From positions 1-8,560 of the forward strand of contig NW_021828400.1 in assembly GCF_006345805.1 (NCBI RefSeq): DNA of 8,560 nt, in the 5' to 3' direction. Under the pieces are notes generated by a model. It was not told the origin of the DNA and ran no database searches. It saw only the letters and a program-made list of their open reading frames with translations. Below, one piece after another: positions 7,904 to 8,560 of the stretch; within the stretch, counting starts at the first letter, position 1; each line of letters starts with the position of its first letter. Origin of the DNA: Octopus sinensis. Taxonomy: Eukaryota. The position numbers were made by a program, and so were the translations under genes.

Positions 7904-8341
7904 GTGATAAAGTCAAGTTTCATGTATTTAGTGTCTGTAACTGTAACTCCCTCCCACTCCTTTTGCTGTTTTAGCTTTCTTTCTGACCTGTTCATAAATT
8001 ATCTTTACAACTTCCACACTTCCGAAATTCAAATTGTAAACCCAGTCTTTATTTCAATACCTCGCTTCCTCCAATTCCTCCCTCTCTTATTCTTCTCTTA
8101 GCCTATATTATTAAGTCTGCTATGCGCATGTATGTATGTGTGTGTATAATATATACGAGCATTCCCCAGGCCTTTGTCTCCGTGTGTAGTGTACACAAAT
8201 GTATTCATAAAACATCTTTCGTAATGCTTATGTATTAAGATCTTAATTAAAGGTTACAAGTCGATACCCTTCACAAGAAATAGTTTTAAATTCCAACCTT
8301 AGGTGCGCACACAAACACACGCACATTTACAGAAAACAAAA

Positions 8342-8342
<1 letters not shown>

Positions 8343-8403
<61 letters not shown>

Positions 8404-8408
8404 TATAT
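8343..8408. repeat. (AC)15-(AT)n compound microsatellite
   Basis: Seen directly. Confidence 0.98.
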
Positions 8409-8416
8409 AATCATGT

Positions 8417-8530
8417 AGTCACATGATCGAGTATACTGCCAGATGTTACACATCACTGGTCACAATGTGCTTTGCATCGTTTTACGTTTTCAATGATGCC
8501 ACTCCACTGGTTAGGAAAGCAGGCGAACAT
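8417..8530. mobile_element. Probable diverged interspersed repeat fragment
   Basis: GTCACATGATCG...CAGATGTTACACATCACTGGTCACAATGTGCTTTGCATCGTTTT...ATGATGCCACTCCACTGG resembles a high-copy octopus repeat as I recall it; not verifiable from this window. Confidence 0.4.
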
Positions 8531-8560
8531 TCGGAAGTCTTCGGAAGGAAGGGCATTGCA

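Overview
AT-rich, microsatellite-dense eukaryotic DNA, most likely intronic or intergenic sequence from an octopus. That assignment rests on SINE and RTE-type repeats that match octopus repeats as I recall them, not on a database search. I find no supportable intact protein-coding gene: almost every ORF in the track is a translation of (TACA)n, (AT)n or (CA)n arrays. The main structure is a diverged direct duplication (163-2078 vs 5237-7765). Each copy carries a (TACA)n array, a tail-to-tail inverted pair of tRNA-derived SINEs and a CpG-rich hairpin element with 73-bp arms, which is complete only in the second copy. Between the copies lie a frameshifted RTE-clade reverse transcriptase fragment fused to the end of copy A, an RTE-type 3' end with a (GAT)n tail, and an ~80-bp inverted duplication buried in (AT)n. 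Frequent single-base indels suggest that part of the apparent divergence, and possibly the duplication itself, is a long-read assembly artefact. I see no evidence for a novel gene system; the interest here is structural (several fold-back elements and the rearrangement junctions).
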